64,000 bases of DNA, taken from the NCBI RefSeq assembly GCF_006345805.1, contig NC_043000.1, positions 20,832,001 through 20,896,000 of the forward strand, read 5' to 3'. Below, piece by piece: positions 40,201 through 54,700 of this stretch. How positions within the stretch are numbered: the first letter of the stretch is position 1; every line of letters starts with the position of its first letter. Made by a program: the position numbers and the translations under genes. The notes beneath the pieces are model-generated. The model had not been told where the DNA came from. It ran no database searches and saw only the letters and a list, made by a program, of their open reading frames with translations. The stretch is from Octopus sinensis (taxonomy: Eukaryota).

Positions 40201-42216
40201 CTTGAACCTAAGGATTAGTTTCACAGTGTAAGGTAGTGCTCCAGCATGGCCACAGTCACATGACTGAAACAAGTAAAAGTGTAAAATAGTGTATTATTAC
40301 AACCTGAACATAGATAGCACTGCTATGCTTTTTTATAGATAATACTCTACGTAGTTTGTTTTATCTCAAGAGAGTCATTATGCCAATAATAAATATACAC
40401 TGGCTCTATTTCAATGCTTTTATTATTATTTGTCAATTTGTTAACATTTAACAAACAAACTAATCAATTGTTTAATTAATCAATCAATCAGATTGGTTTA
40501 TCGCAGTCCCCCTGTCACCATCTGTGACCTCCTCATTGAGATATTCTCTCAATTCCAAGTAGCTGTCTCTCTAAGTGGATTATTGCATGTATATTTTTTC
40601 ACAGTGGAGAGGAAGCATAACAACCAGAATGGACTCAGGCCATTGTTGTTTATCTTCAGCTCATTCTTGTTTTATGTAACTTATCAAAGACTTTTCAGTC
40701 TAGCCCATCCAATCTTCTGTTCTGATATTATGTACCCAGAACATTTTCCAGTTTGAACACCCATTTTAAGATGATATGATATGATTTAAGAAATAACAGC
40801 TGCTGTTTCTAGCAGATTTAGAAACTGAGTATAATCAGTATTGGCTCAACCAGAATTATTTGATAAACTGGTTAAACTGGATTATTTTCATTAGCATTAG
40901 GTTGTAATGCTAATAAAAATCTTATATGATTTTACTGCTTGTGGAATCTACCTCAAATCTATATATATAAAGCTGAAGTTGTCTGTGTATGGCAGGTTTG
41001 GTAGCCTTCAACTAACATTATCTCCTCTGAGACCCTGTGGCGCAAGTTGACCAAAATTGAAAGTATGATAGAAGGCTTGCTCTTCATTCCGTAGAAGATA
41101 AAATTCAAATTGGACCATGTTAACACAAAAAATTATTTACATCAAAAAGGTGCTTTTTTTCTATGAAAATCCCTATTTTTTACGATTTTTTTTACTGCTG
41201 TGTCGCCTTTTTCGGTGTATTTCAACCAAGAAAATGTTCACTTAAAGAGAATAACAAGCTACATAATGGAAAAATTTTTACTTTTCAAAAATTTCAATTC
41301 TAAAGGGTCGAAACAAACCCGAGCAATGCCGGGCGATACTGCTAGTATAATTAATAGTTCTCTTAGATTATAAAATAGAATATTATCAAGTACTTGTGAC
41401 ATGAAGCAAAAGTGAAATGCTTTATCATTGAAAATAGATCTTATAAATAAAACAATTCTCACTTACATTTATCAAAACTTAAAATATGAACAGCTGCTTA
41501 GATCTTACAAAATTACTATTCAGCAAGCTTATTGTCTTGCAAAGATACATTACAACTGCTCTTAACATATTCTTTATGTAGTTTAACTATATCACTGAAA
41601 TATCAAATTTGTGTGTAAATGTATGCACATATATATATGTGTGTGTGTGTGTGTATACATATATACATACATATATATATGTGTGTGTGTATACATACAT
41701 ATACACACACATATACACATACATATATATGTATATATGTGTATATATGTGTGTGTATATGTATGTAGACACACACAGACATATATATATATTGTTATAT
41801 TTCGGAATGGTCATTTTGCCAGTTTAGCCAATAAAAACACATGCACTATATATTTGGTGTTATTTTGCTTCAGTGTTATATTTATTTTTTACATTAATCT
41901 TAATCTTATTTCGGCCAGAGTTCTTTCGTCACACTCCTGTGACCGCATCAGTAGTCCTTTGTTTTCTTCTTTCTTATTTGTGTCTCTCCTTACTTACCGT
42001 CAGCCATTTTCTGGCTGATGGTTAGTAAGGAGAGACACAAATAAGATTAAGATTAATGTAAAAACTAAATAACACTGAAGCAAAATAACACCAAATATAT
42101 AGTGCGTGTGTTTTTATTGGCTAAACTGGCAAAAACAATAACAATATCTGTTTCAACACATGACTTCACATTAAAAAATCTTGCACAACAAATATTTAAA
42201 CGTACTATATATATAT

Positions 42217-42259
<43 letters not shown>

Positions 42260-42659
42260 ATGGCACTCCGTCAGTTACAACGACAATGGTTCCAGTTAAT
42301 CCAATCAATGGAACAGCCTGTTCATGAAATTAACATGCAAGTGGCTGAGCACTCCACAGACATGTGTACCCTTAACGTAGTTCTAGAGGAGATTCAGCAT
42401 GACAGAGAGTGTGACAAGGCTGGCCCTTTGAAATAAAGGTACAACAGCAACTTCAACAAGTGAGAGAAAGATGTGGTGAAAGAGTACGGCAAGGTTCACC
42501 AACACCCCCTGCCAGAGCCTCATGGATCTTTAGGTGTTTTCGTTCAATAAACACTCACAACGCCCGGTCTGAGAATTGAAACAACAATCCTATGACCATG
42601 AGTCCGCTGCCCTAACCACTGGGCCATTGCACCTCCACACATACACAAATATATATATG

Positions 42660-42710
<51 letters not shown>

Positions 42711-45700
42711 GTATGTATGTATGTATATATATATATGTAGGCCTCACTGAGGAAATGACCAGCGACTGAGACCTTTGGAAATATGCTGTACGGGAGAAGA
42801 CCAGGCAGGACAAGTGAGTCCAGCCCACTTATGCATGCCTTTCCTCCCTTGGACACACAAAGACCTGTTGAGGCAAGCGAAGTCGATATCGAACCTCATC
42901 CGATGACAGGCACTCATGCCAACACCCCTTTGCTTGCGAAGACCTGTTGGGGCAAGGAAATCGAAATCGGAATCGGAAGTGAAATTGAACCAATCCTATG
43001 ACTGGCACCCGGCAGATGCCTGGACCCTTGGACTGGAGATACGTAAAAAGCACTATCCGAATCGTGGCTGATGCCAGCCCCGCCTCGACTGGCTTCTGTG
43101 CCGGTGGCACGTAAAAAGCACTATCCGAATCGTGGCTGATGCCAGCGCCGCCTCGACCGGCTTCTGTGCCGGTGGCACGTAAAAAGCACCATCCGAATTG
43201 TGGCCGAAGCCAGTGCCGCCTCGACTGGCTTCCGTGCCGGTGGCACGTAAAATGCACCAATCCGACCATGGCCATTGCCAGCCTCGCCTGGCACCTGTGC
43301 GGGTGGCACATAAAAAGCACCCACTACACTCACGGGGTGGTTGGCGTTAGGAAGGGCATCCAGCTGTAGAAACATTGCCAGATAAGACTGGAGCCTGGTG
43401 CAGCCTTCTGGCTTCCCAGCTCCCCGGTCGAACCGTCCAACCCATGCTAGCATGGAGAACGGACGTTAAACGATGATGATGATGATATGTGTGTGTGTGT
43501 ATGTCAGATATTTCCCATCTCTAAATGAAGAATTAAAATGTTTTACTATAGTTTTGTACTTGCATAGCAAGACCAAACGATTTCTCTGCAGTTTTCTGAG
43601 AACTAATGCTAAACCAAATAATTCCAGTTATATTTTCCTTGAATTTTATGGAAAGAAATTCTGTTTATGAAAGCTATGATCAATAAATATTTAATGAGTA
43701 ATGTTTAACTTATCTTCTTTTTAGGTATGGATCTTCAGTTTTCTCTGGATATGGGAGTTACGTGGGAACTTTTTCAGACTGCCTGCACACCTTCCGATAT
43801 AGACTGTGCCAGCTATCATCAGAGCAGCCGATTTATGTCTGATATTTACCATGGATGGAATAGAATTACATTACCTGTCCCTTATTATGCAAAGTAAGAC
43901 AGCAATATCTTTTTAACATTTTTCTTCTTTTTTTTTTTTTACTTGTTTTAACCATTGAACTGCAGCCATGCTGGAGCACTGCCTTGAAATGTTTTAGTCA
44001 AACAGATCGAAGCCCCTGCCAGTGCTTTCTTTTTATTTCATGTCTGGTATTTATTCTATCAGTCTCTTTTGCTGAACTGCTAAGTTAAAAGGACATAAAC
44101 AAACCAAAACCAGTTATCAAGAGGTGGTGGTGGTGCAGAGTGTAAACACACGCTCAAAATGTACACACACAGTTATATGATAGGCTTCCACCATTAGCAT
44201 AGCTAGGGGGTGGGGCTGTTAGGGGCAGTTTGCCCTGGGCAGCAGTTCTTTTGAGTCTGCTGTAGGGAATATGTACTTTTTTGTGGGGTCAGGGGGTGGC
44301 AAACAGAAGGTCTGCCCTGGGTGGCACACACTCTAGCTACGCTAGTGGCTTCCATACAATTTCTTATTTCTTTACTGCCCACAAGGGGCTACACACAGAG
44401 GGGACAAACAAGGACAGACAAAGGGATTAAGTCGATTACATCAACCCCAGTGCATAACTAGTACTTATTTAATCAACCCCGAAAGGATGACAGGCAAAGT
44501 CAACCTCGGTGGAATTTGAACTCAGAATGTAAGACAGACGAAATACCAAGCATTTCACCTGGCGTGCTAACGTTTCTGCCAGCTTACCGCCTTACAATTT
44601 CTGTCCACCAAATCCACTCACAAGGCATTGGTCACTCTGAGTCTACAGAAGATACTTGCCCAAGGTGTCACATAGTGGAACTGAACCTGAAATCACGTAG
44701 GTGCAGAGTGAGCTTCTTAACCACACCGCAATGTTTTCAAAAGAAAAGAATACTAATTTCAGAAATTATAACAAAACACATGCAGTACTAGATTAAATTG
44801 AATTTTGTATGTATAAATTTTTAAATATATTTCAATTTGCACGTTGGTAAGACTTGACATTTTCAATTCTCTGTGTCATCATTTGCTTCTCTGTTCAGTA
44901 CAAACAACTTATTTTTTTCAAACTAGTCATACCTTGAACTCAGTACATGTTATAGAGCATATTCTTTTCTCATATAATGGGATCCTTCTGGCAACAATAG
45001 AATGTTAGTGTCTGAACAATCATATCATTCTAGAAACTCTGAGTAGCTATAGACTGTGTCACCAGCTTTGTGCAAATATATTTATCCTATCTACTTTTCT
45101 ATATATTACTCTATCTATGTCCCTCTTGAAAACATCTTTTTTCTTTCTTTCCCTTTTACTGACCTTGATGTTATTTCTATTAAATAATTTGTTATACATA
45201 TGACTAGGTGGGAATGATTTATTAATTTGTATTTAAAGGTTGCTGGAAATACCTGATCTTATTTAAGCTACAGTAATGGATGAACCAAATTATATTCTGT
45301 TTTCAGCAATTACTGCTCTTTCTTAAGAAATTGATCTCATCTTTATATTTTCATCTCATCTTTATCTTTTACTTAATGTCCCATAATAATAACTGACAGT
45401 TTTATCAAATGTTAAATTATCTGTTTAAATGTTAAATATTCTTTTATTTATGTTACTGATTTATAAATATATCTGTAGGGTGGATGAAATCTTTAGCAGT
45501 ATACATAAGGTTTTCATTCAGTTTTCTGTAAAGTCGATGTCTACCTGCCAACAGGTAACATCTAAAAAGTTGACTGATATTAGTAGTTATTATGGTGTTG
45601 AGGCCAAATTCATTTAAGCGTGCTTATTGGGCTATTTTAATCTTATTTAACTTTCAGCTAGTCTTGTGTGAAAAAGCAAAACCATCATCCCTATATAAAC

Positions 45701-48700
45701 CTGTTTTTTAAGGCTTTAAATATACTTTTGAATATATCTAGAATATGTAATCCAATTGTGAAGGCACATGGTTTAATGGTTAGAGTATTTGGCTCACAAT
45801 CATAAAGTTGTAGGTTCAATTCCTTGACTGAGTGGCATAGTGTATTCTTGAGCAAGGCACTTCATTTTATATTGTTTAGTTTACTCAGTTGTAAGGAGTA
45901 CTCCCTCTATCTATCACATCCTAAATGTTCCACTGGATCAAGGATGAGGTGACTGAGGTGTCTTATGTTTACATAAACACCTACAACAAACAGTGGAAAC
46001 ATGATACATGTTACCAAACCATACTCACTAGTGAATGACATCTGGCTATGTTGTCTAATCAAATCACATACCTTAACTTCATCAAAGTTCTCCATCCTTA
46101 CATCAACAAAATAGGGCTTTCCTGGCAAACAATTATATCAATATTATTGCTGCTGGTAATGAATGTTTCTTGCAAAATCCCAGTCCTTGTTGAGAAAAGG
46201 GTTGGAAATTGATGGATACAATTCAACAATGTTAAAATGTGAGAACCTGAATTTACTATTAAACCAACCAAATATATTATTGTTGTTGTTTCATAGTTTC
46301 CAGTTGATTTTTCTAATATTTTTGAAGATATTAAGTAAAATCTATTTTCTGATTACACTAAATTTGTTCTTTACCAAGAATATAACACTGCACATGGGGT
46401 TAACTGTGAAATTATCTTTATGGTCTTTGAAGGTGGTGTATTTTTACATTTGGTTAGACATTTTATCTTCTTATTCCACTTCAGGCAAGTAACTAAGATG
46501 TTTCAATATCATAGGTGTTACTATTATTTGTATAATGTCATTTGTAGGAAGTCTGCTGTAGTTATCTATATTTCTAGTTTATATATAAGTTTAGGATTTT
46601 ATCAAAAAATGTGTATAATTAAAGATGTTGAATTGTCAAAAGCATTAGAATACAGTAAATAGAAAGGCGGTGATCTGGTAGAAACGTTAGCATGCCAGGC
46701 GAAATGCTTAGTGGTATTTCATCTGTCTTTATGTTCTCAGTTCAAATTCCGCCAAGGTCGACTTTGCCTTTCTTCCTTTCAGGGTCAATAAATTAAGTAT
46801 CAGTTACACACTGGAATCGATGTAATCGATTTAATCCCTTTGTCTGTCCCTGTTTGTCTCCTCTATGTTTAGCCCCTTGTGGGCAATAAAGAAATAAAAA
46901 TACTGTAAATAGAATGTCTCACTCTATACATTCTGGATTTCTACACAGTGAGTTCAAATCTTACTGAGATCACCTTTGCATTTCATCTTTCAAGGGTCAA
47001 TAAATAAAGTACTCCAACAAGGGCAGTTCATTGGTAGAAATCTTAGAAGTGCACCTATGCTGGTGTTGTGTAGAAAAGCACTTGTTCAGGACCACATAAA
47101 AAGTGCCTGTTCTGGTTCCACATAAAAAGCACTCATGCCAGTGCCTTACATAAAACACCTGTGCTGGTGCCATGTGTATAGAGCATCCATGCCAGTGTCA
47201 TGTAAAAGTACCCATGCCGGTGCCACGTAAAAAGCATCCAGTATGCTCTGTAAAGTGGTCGGCGTTATGACGGGCATCCAGCCATAAAAACCATGCCAAA
47301 ACAGACAATCGGAGCTTGAGCAACTTCTATCAATCCATCCAACTTGTCAAACCACTGCCAGCATGGAGAATCTTTTCCACTCTTGGCATAAGGCCTGAAA
47401 TTTGGGGTGAGAGGGGCCAGTCGATTAGATTGACCCCAGTACACAACTGGTAGTTAGTTTATCGACCCTGAAAGGATGAAAGGAAAAGTTAACCTCAGCA
47501 GAATTTGAACTCAGAACATAAAGACAAACAAAATGCCACTAAGTATTTCGCCCAGTGTGCTAACATTTCTGCCAACTCACCACCTTGCCAGCATGGAGAA
47601 TGGACATAAATGATAATGTTAGAGCAAAGGACAACATTCGTTGTGGTACCTGTTTTGGCTGTTTGCATTTTGAATTCAAATTCCGCTAATGGCCAGGCTA
47701 TATCACCCAACAAACGAAGTATCCTGTTCAAACTGGCATTTGACCAGCTTTGGTAGGTAGGCCTACAACAAACTTAGATCACACTGACAATGGTAAAATG
47801 AAACTTTCACCCAACAATAGATTGACAATGGCTGAATAGTACAACTGGATCGGTTACGACAACGAGGGTTCCGGTTGATCCGAATCAATGGAACAGCCTG
47901 CTCGTGAAATTAAAGTGTAAGTGGCTGAGCACTCCACAGACACGTGTACCCTTAACGTAGTTCTCGGGGATATTCAGCGTGACACAGAGAGTGACAAGGC
48001 CGGCCCTTTGAAATACAGGTACAACAGAAACAGGAAGTAAGAGTGAGAGAAAGTTGTGGTGAAAGAGTACAGCAGGGATCACCACCATCCCCTGCCGGAG
48101 CCGCGTGGAGCTTTAGATGTTTTCGCTCAATAAACACTCACAACACCCGGTCTGGGAATCGAAACCACGATCCTATGACCGCGAGTCCGCTGCCCTAACC
48201 ACTGGGCCATTGCACCTCCACATAGTACAACTAAGCACTGTGTATAAGAAGCTCATTATTATCAACATTTGACCTTTGGGTATCATGAGAAGAGTCCACT
48301 CCATTGCAATCATTGAGATTTGGTCTCCGGTCTGAGAACCACTTCCTTCCTTCCTCACACTAGTCTTGGAGCCCCTCCAAATGGTCATGGTTGCTGCACT
48401 TCCTCCTGTGGGTAAATCATAAAAAATTAAAATATGTATTGTAATCTTATATGCTATTCAATCCATTGATATTATTGATTTTCAAGTTAGCCCAGAATTT
48501 AATGGTAAAAAAAGAGTAGCCATTATTGCTATGGCTACACATGTGGTACAAACTGGTTATTTTCCTGGCTATCAATTTATACAGTTCAAAATGAATATTG
48601 ATTTTTATTGATGAAAACTTTCTCCAATTAAATTATTTAATTATGCTAGATGTAATTAAGGTCAGGCTCGCAGATATAAAGTATAACAATGCCAGTGTTT

Positions 48701-51700
48701 CTGATAAAATTCCATAAAGACTTTCCCAATTGACATAATAATAGGGAAATAGTTTTTCTCACATTTTCTATTCCACTTTGTTGTTCTATAATTATTCTTT
48801 AATGATAGTTTTTGAATTGATACTGAGAGGAACAAGATATTCGAATGCCAAAAATTGCTTTTTCAATCCATTAAACTTTCTTAACAACTTCAACAAAAGC
48901 AAATAAAATACAAGATGGAAAAATCTAAAATACGTAGCAAATAACAAATTTTATATTTGTCACTAAATTCATTCTGCTACGCTATTATTACTATTATTAT
49001 TTGTCCAACCCATGCCAGTACGGAAAATGGACGTTAAATGATGATGATGCTGATGATGATGACAGCAATGATTCTCAGGACACTGAACTGCTAGAATCGT
49101 TAGCAAGTGAGACAAATTGCTTTGTGACATTTCTTCCTTCTTTACATTCTGATTTCAAATGCCACCAAGGTCAACTTTGCCTTTAATCCTTTCAGGATCA
49201 ATGAAATAACTATCAATCAAGCACTGGGATTGATGTAATTGTTTGTCCCCCTTCCCCACAATTTCAGGCCCAACGCCTCTCATAGAGAGAATTATTATTA
49301 TTATTGAGTGAGAGAGCAGTGCATGCCATCAAAGTGACACTGGGGTAAAATATACGAAGCCCAGTATATCCATCATGACTACCCATCTGATAAGGGTTCA
49401 CTAGGCATCACAACCATATGTGCGCGACATGGTGATCTCATATCAAGATAAACAGCTCATGACCTTGCAGGTGGGGCCCAGTTAGAATTTTCTTCTGGTC
49501 GAGTAACCCATCCCACTCAAAGGTCCCTGAATAAGGGTTGTTTAAGGATGTTGAACAAAACACCCATGTTTCCAGAGGTGAATTATTCAAACCCCAAATT
49601 ATCTCTCTCAACACATGGCTATGATGCTCCCCCACTACTTCTGCTCATGATCAGAGATGCACATATCGTCAGCCACTAAGGGACATACTGAACTGGTTAA
49701 GGTCAAACAACTGACAAGCAAATCTGTGGTATTGAGCAGAATATTTGCTGTAGCCCATCTTTTATACTAAGACAAAACAATGTACATGATAACACTTCCA
49801 ATCAGTTAAGATCAGAAGCCACAAGAGCCACTGCCTGGTACTGCATCAGGGCATATTATTATTATTATTATTATTATCATTAAGGCGCAGGAGTGGCTGT
49901 GTGGTAAGTAGCTTGCTTACCAACCACATGGTTCCGGGTTCAGTCCCACTGCGTGGAATCTTGGGCAAGTATCTTCTACTATAGCCCCGGGCCGATCAAT
50001 GCCTTGTGAGTGGATTTGGTAGAAGGAAACTGAAAGAAGCCTGTCATATATATGTATATATATATATATATGTATTTGTGTGTCTGTGTTGGTCTTCCTA
50101 GCATTGCTTGACAACCGATGCTGGTGTGTTTACGTCCCCGTCACTTAGCGGTTCGGCAAAAGAGACCGATAGAATAAGTACTGGGCTTACAAAGAATAAG
50201 TCCCGGGGTTGATTTGCTCGACTAAAAGCGGTGCTCCAGCATGGCCGCAGTCAAATGACTGAAACAAGTAAAAGAGTAAGAGGGTAAGCTTGTAGAAACA
50301 TCAGCACACCAGGCAAAAATGCTTTGTAGCATTTCATTTGTCTTTTACATTCTGAGCTCAAATTCAAACATTTTTCATTCAGATTTTGAGAACTTTGTGG
50401 ATGAGTCATAAAGTTTGAAGCAGCACTATTTTCTGTACAAAAAATGGTTCCAGGTAAAAGGGAATATGATTGATAGCATGCATATATGTATCATCATGAT
50501 CATCATTTAACATCCTCCTTCCATGCTGGCATGGGTTGGACAGTTTGACAGGAGCTGGACAGGCAGAAGCCTGCACCATACTTCTGTGTCTGTTTCAGCA
50601 TGGTTTTCTTTTTATGGCTGGATGCCCTTCCTAACAGCAACCACTCCACAGAGTGGGCTGAGTGCTTTTTACATGGCACCAGCACAGACAAGGTCAATTT
50701 TGGCATGGTTTTTTTTTACTGCTGGATGCCCTTATAAATGCCAACGACTTTACAGTATGGACTGAATGCTTTTCATGTGGCACCAGCACTGGCAGGGTCA
50801 CTAAGTAACTTTGCAAGATAAGGGATCTTTGAGAGGAGAGAGGGCATTGGAGGAGGTGATTTTGTGCCAGATGATGAAAGGTTAGAGAGTTACAAAGAGA
50901 CAGAAACAGATGTCTTGCTGTAGAGGAGGTCCATGGTTACCCAGCCAGAGAGAGAGAGAGGGGAAGGGAGAGAGTTAACAAGAAAGAGGGCAGAAATAGG
51001 TGTGCTGCTGATGTATAATCTTATTTGTCATTGGACTACGGCCATGCTAGAGCTCGAGGGGCTTTGTCAAACAAATCAACTCCAGTACGTTTTTTTAAGC
51101 CTGGTACTTTATCAGTCTCTTTTTCCAAGAGCAAAATCTATCAGTCTGTTTTGTTCCTGTAACTTAGCAGTTACAGGGACAGACAAACAAACACCAAACA
51201 CAAAGACACACACACACACAGACATATATATATATATATACATACACACACACTACACTACACTCACGGAGTGGTTGGCGTTAGGAAGGGTATCCAGCTG
51301 TAGAAACACTGCCAGATCAGACTGGAGCCTGGTGCAGCTTCCTGGCTTCCCAGACCCTGGTCGAACCGTCCAACCCATGCTAGCATGGAAAATGGACGTT
51401 AAACGATGATGATATATATATATAGAGGGAGAGAGAGAAAGGTAGGAAGGAAGGAAAGTAGAGAGGTAGGAAGCATGGAGGTGGTGACACGTGACCGAGA
51501 CCTTTGACAATAAACCGTACTTGAGAAGATCTGTCAAGCCAAATGTAATTGCAGTCATGGCTGATGCCAGTGTTGTGTAATTGGCTCTCATACCGGTGGC
51601 ACATAAAAAGCACTCTTTGAACGCTGGGCCATGTGTTGTGCTTGAAAAGACCCATTAAGCGAAATGAAATCATAATCATGGCCAATGCCTGCGTCACATA

Positions 51701-54700
51701 TCTGGCACAGAAAAAGTACCCTTTGAACTTTGGTCCTCAAACCAAGTGAGATCATAGTTATGGCTAATACCGGTGTTTCATAACTGGCACCCATGCCAGT
51801 GGCATGTAAAAAGCACTCACTACACTCTTGGAGTGGTTGGAATTAGGAAGAGCATCTAGCCATAGAAACCTTGCCAAATCAGATTGGAACCTGGTGCTGC
51901 TCCCCGGCTTACCAGTTTTCAGTCAAACTGTCCGACCCATGCCAGCATGGAAAACAGACGTTAAATAATGAGGATGATGATAAGGATGATATACAACAGG
52001 TTTCCATAGAGTTTCTATCTAACAAATTTATTCACCAAATCATTGGTAAGCCCCAAGGCTAGTAGCAGATACTTTCCTAAGGTACCACAGTGGGGATGAA
52101 CCTGAAACCACATGGTTGGTAAGTGTACGTGTTTAGCAAGTAATTTAATCTGAAATACCATGTTGAGGCTAAAAATAATCTCATTGTCAGAGGCGTATTC
52201 GAGCTATTTAAAATACACATATTCTGTTAAGTTCACTTTTCCTCTCTTATTATTTTATAAGCTGAATAATAATAATGTGTAATTATTGTGTGTCAGTTTT
52301 TTGTTGTTTTTTTTGTTTTTGGGGTTTTTTTTTTACTATAAATTTAAGTTGCTTAACAGGTGATGAAGAGCTTGTTTCCTTGGTTTTATCTGTTTTTGCT
52401 TTGTACATGTATTGAATGAAATATGAGTCTCTATAATGTGAGAACAAAAAACAGTCATAATTCTGATACTCTGCTTCACTATTGAATACAATTTATCTTT
52501 ATTATGCGATGTAGTAAAAGTGCATGAAGTGCGATTAACAGTTTATGCGTATCTGCAACAAACACACATACCCACATGCTCATACAAACACACATACACT
52601 CGCATGCTAGTATACTCACACATGCACACAGGCTCGCATATGCACACAGGCTCACACATGCACTTACAGGCATATACATGCATAAAATCCATTATCATTA
52701 CATCCATCTTTTCATACTTGCATTAAGGTGAACAGAACTTTTTCACCACAGCATCTCTTCACTTGTCTTCATCATTCATCATCTCCTTTGTGAAGCCCAG
52801 CATTTTAAGAATATCTTTCACCAGTGTCTTCCTTAGTCTTCTTCTTTCACGTATTTTTCCCATTTGAATCACTTGGAACTTCTTCTTTACCCAACCATCA
52901 TACTTTATAGACATCACGTAACCATACCTGTTCAGCCCCATCTCTTGTACACTACACTAAATTCCTCTTAACCTCAGTTTTTCTTTCAGTTGATTTGTAC
53001 TCCACAATTCGAGTTCTTTTGGTGGTCTTCATAGCCAAGTGTTATACACCACAGCTCAGGCAAATAAGATCACCCAAAGGTTCCAGGTTTAAAACAAAAC
53101 AAAGACAGCATTTTAAAAACAAAATGGCCAGAGGTTGTGATATAGGAATGTGCTGAAGAACTCCAGCATCTCTCCTAGACACTTGGAAAAAGAAGGCCCT
53201 ACAGCACAATGAATGGCACCGATTGCTAAATGTCATAATTCCAGCCATTGAGGAGAAACAACAGAGAGAACACAAAAGAGCACATGAGGGGCATCATTTC
53301 TCCATTGTGTCAAATAGCTTTGCCTGCAGCAGATGTCATTGCTGCTGTAGATCAAGAGCAGGCCTTGTAAGCCACATGTGAACCTGCCATTATTTCTGAT
53401 TAAGAACAGTCAATGTCATCCTACAAAGGACAGTCAATGAAGATGATTTTAAAAACAGCAGGGGGATACATAGGGGTTGAGACCTAGGTAGGCCGAGCTC
53501 CCTTAGAGTATCAGGAACTAACAGGCTGAAACACTTGCTTGACAGTTCTTCTGAAAATAGCTCTTGTTTTCTGCTCATCCTGTTGCAAGTTTCCTCTGAC
53601 TACAACATAACACTTTCATTTGTTTGGTAGTTCATTTGTTTTACATGCTTTGCATTGTTTGCAGAGGCTGGGCAAATATATTGAGACATTGTTTTTAATT
53701 TGTTTCTCACAGTGGGATCCTTATTGCCTAGGTTAGTTCTTATTCAGATTATGCCCAACCTAGAAGGATCAGGGAACCATATCTCATTCATCCATTTCAT
53801 TTTGGTTAAAGAGCATGGTGCTATGTAAAGAGCACCCACGCCAGTGCCATATAAAAAAGCACCATGTAAAGAAGCACCCATGCTGGCACCCCATAAAATG
53901 TACCCAGTACATTTTGCAAAGTGGTTAGCATTAGGAAGGGCATTCAGCCATAGAAACCACAGCAAAAACAGATGACTGAAGCCTGGTGCAGCCCCCACCC
54001 AGCTTGCCAGCCCTTGTCAAACTGTCCAGCCTGTGCCAGCACAGAAAATAGACATAAAATGATGATGATGATTGTTTTACAGCTAAATTATCATTCCTGA
54101 TGCTAATCATCATCGTCATTTAACGTCCATTTTCCATGCTAGAATGGATTGGACGGTTCAACTGGGGTCTGAGAAGCCAGGAGGCTGCACCAGGCTCCAG
54201 TCTGATCTGGCAGTGTTTCTGCAGCTGGATGCCCTTCCTAATGCCAACCACTCCGTGAGTGTAGTGGGTGCTTTTTACGTGCCACCAGCACAGGGGCCAG
54301 AAGAGGGTGGCAAACGGCCATGATCAGTTGGTGCTTTTTACGTGCCACCAGCACAGGGGCCAGAAGAGGGTGGCAAACGGCCATGATCGGTTGGTGCTTT
54401 TTACGTGTCACCGGCACAAACGCCAGTCAAGGTGGCGCTGGCATCAGCCATGTTTGGATGGTACTTTTTATGCACCACCATCACGGGTATCACAACTACA
54501 ATTTCCATTTGATTTTTATTTTGATGTTGATGTACTTGACTCAATAGATCTCTTCAAGCACAGCAGGTCACCCCACGATCCAAGGTGAGCACAGCAGGCC
54601 GTCTTGCAAGCCAGGAACTCACTTCATTTGTCAGATCTTCATGGTCACAGCATATCTCAGAGGTCTCGGTTTTTCGTTATTGCCTCTGTGAGGCCCAACA

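Noticed and set aside
41587-42018. Long ORFs rich in YI/HT/CV dipeptides (also 2196, 7609, 57655-58328, 62720-63185)
   Set aside because: Translations of stop-free microsatellites.
43041-43325. CRISPR-like look of conserved palindromic repeats with variable linkers
   Set aside because: Eukaryotic intron, no cas genes, linkers are homologous to each other, and the array is part of an RTE 3'UTR.
42829-43453. ORFs of 100-163 aa recurring across the window ([12 protein letters not shown]..., MLAWVGRFD...)
   Set aside because: Chance frames through the GC-rich RTE 3'UTR repeat; they are broken at different points in each copy.
49884-49960. tRNA genes
   Set aside because: The tRNA-like segments are SINE heads; I found no complete cloverleaf.
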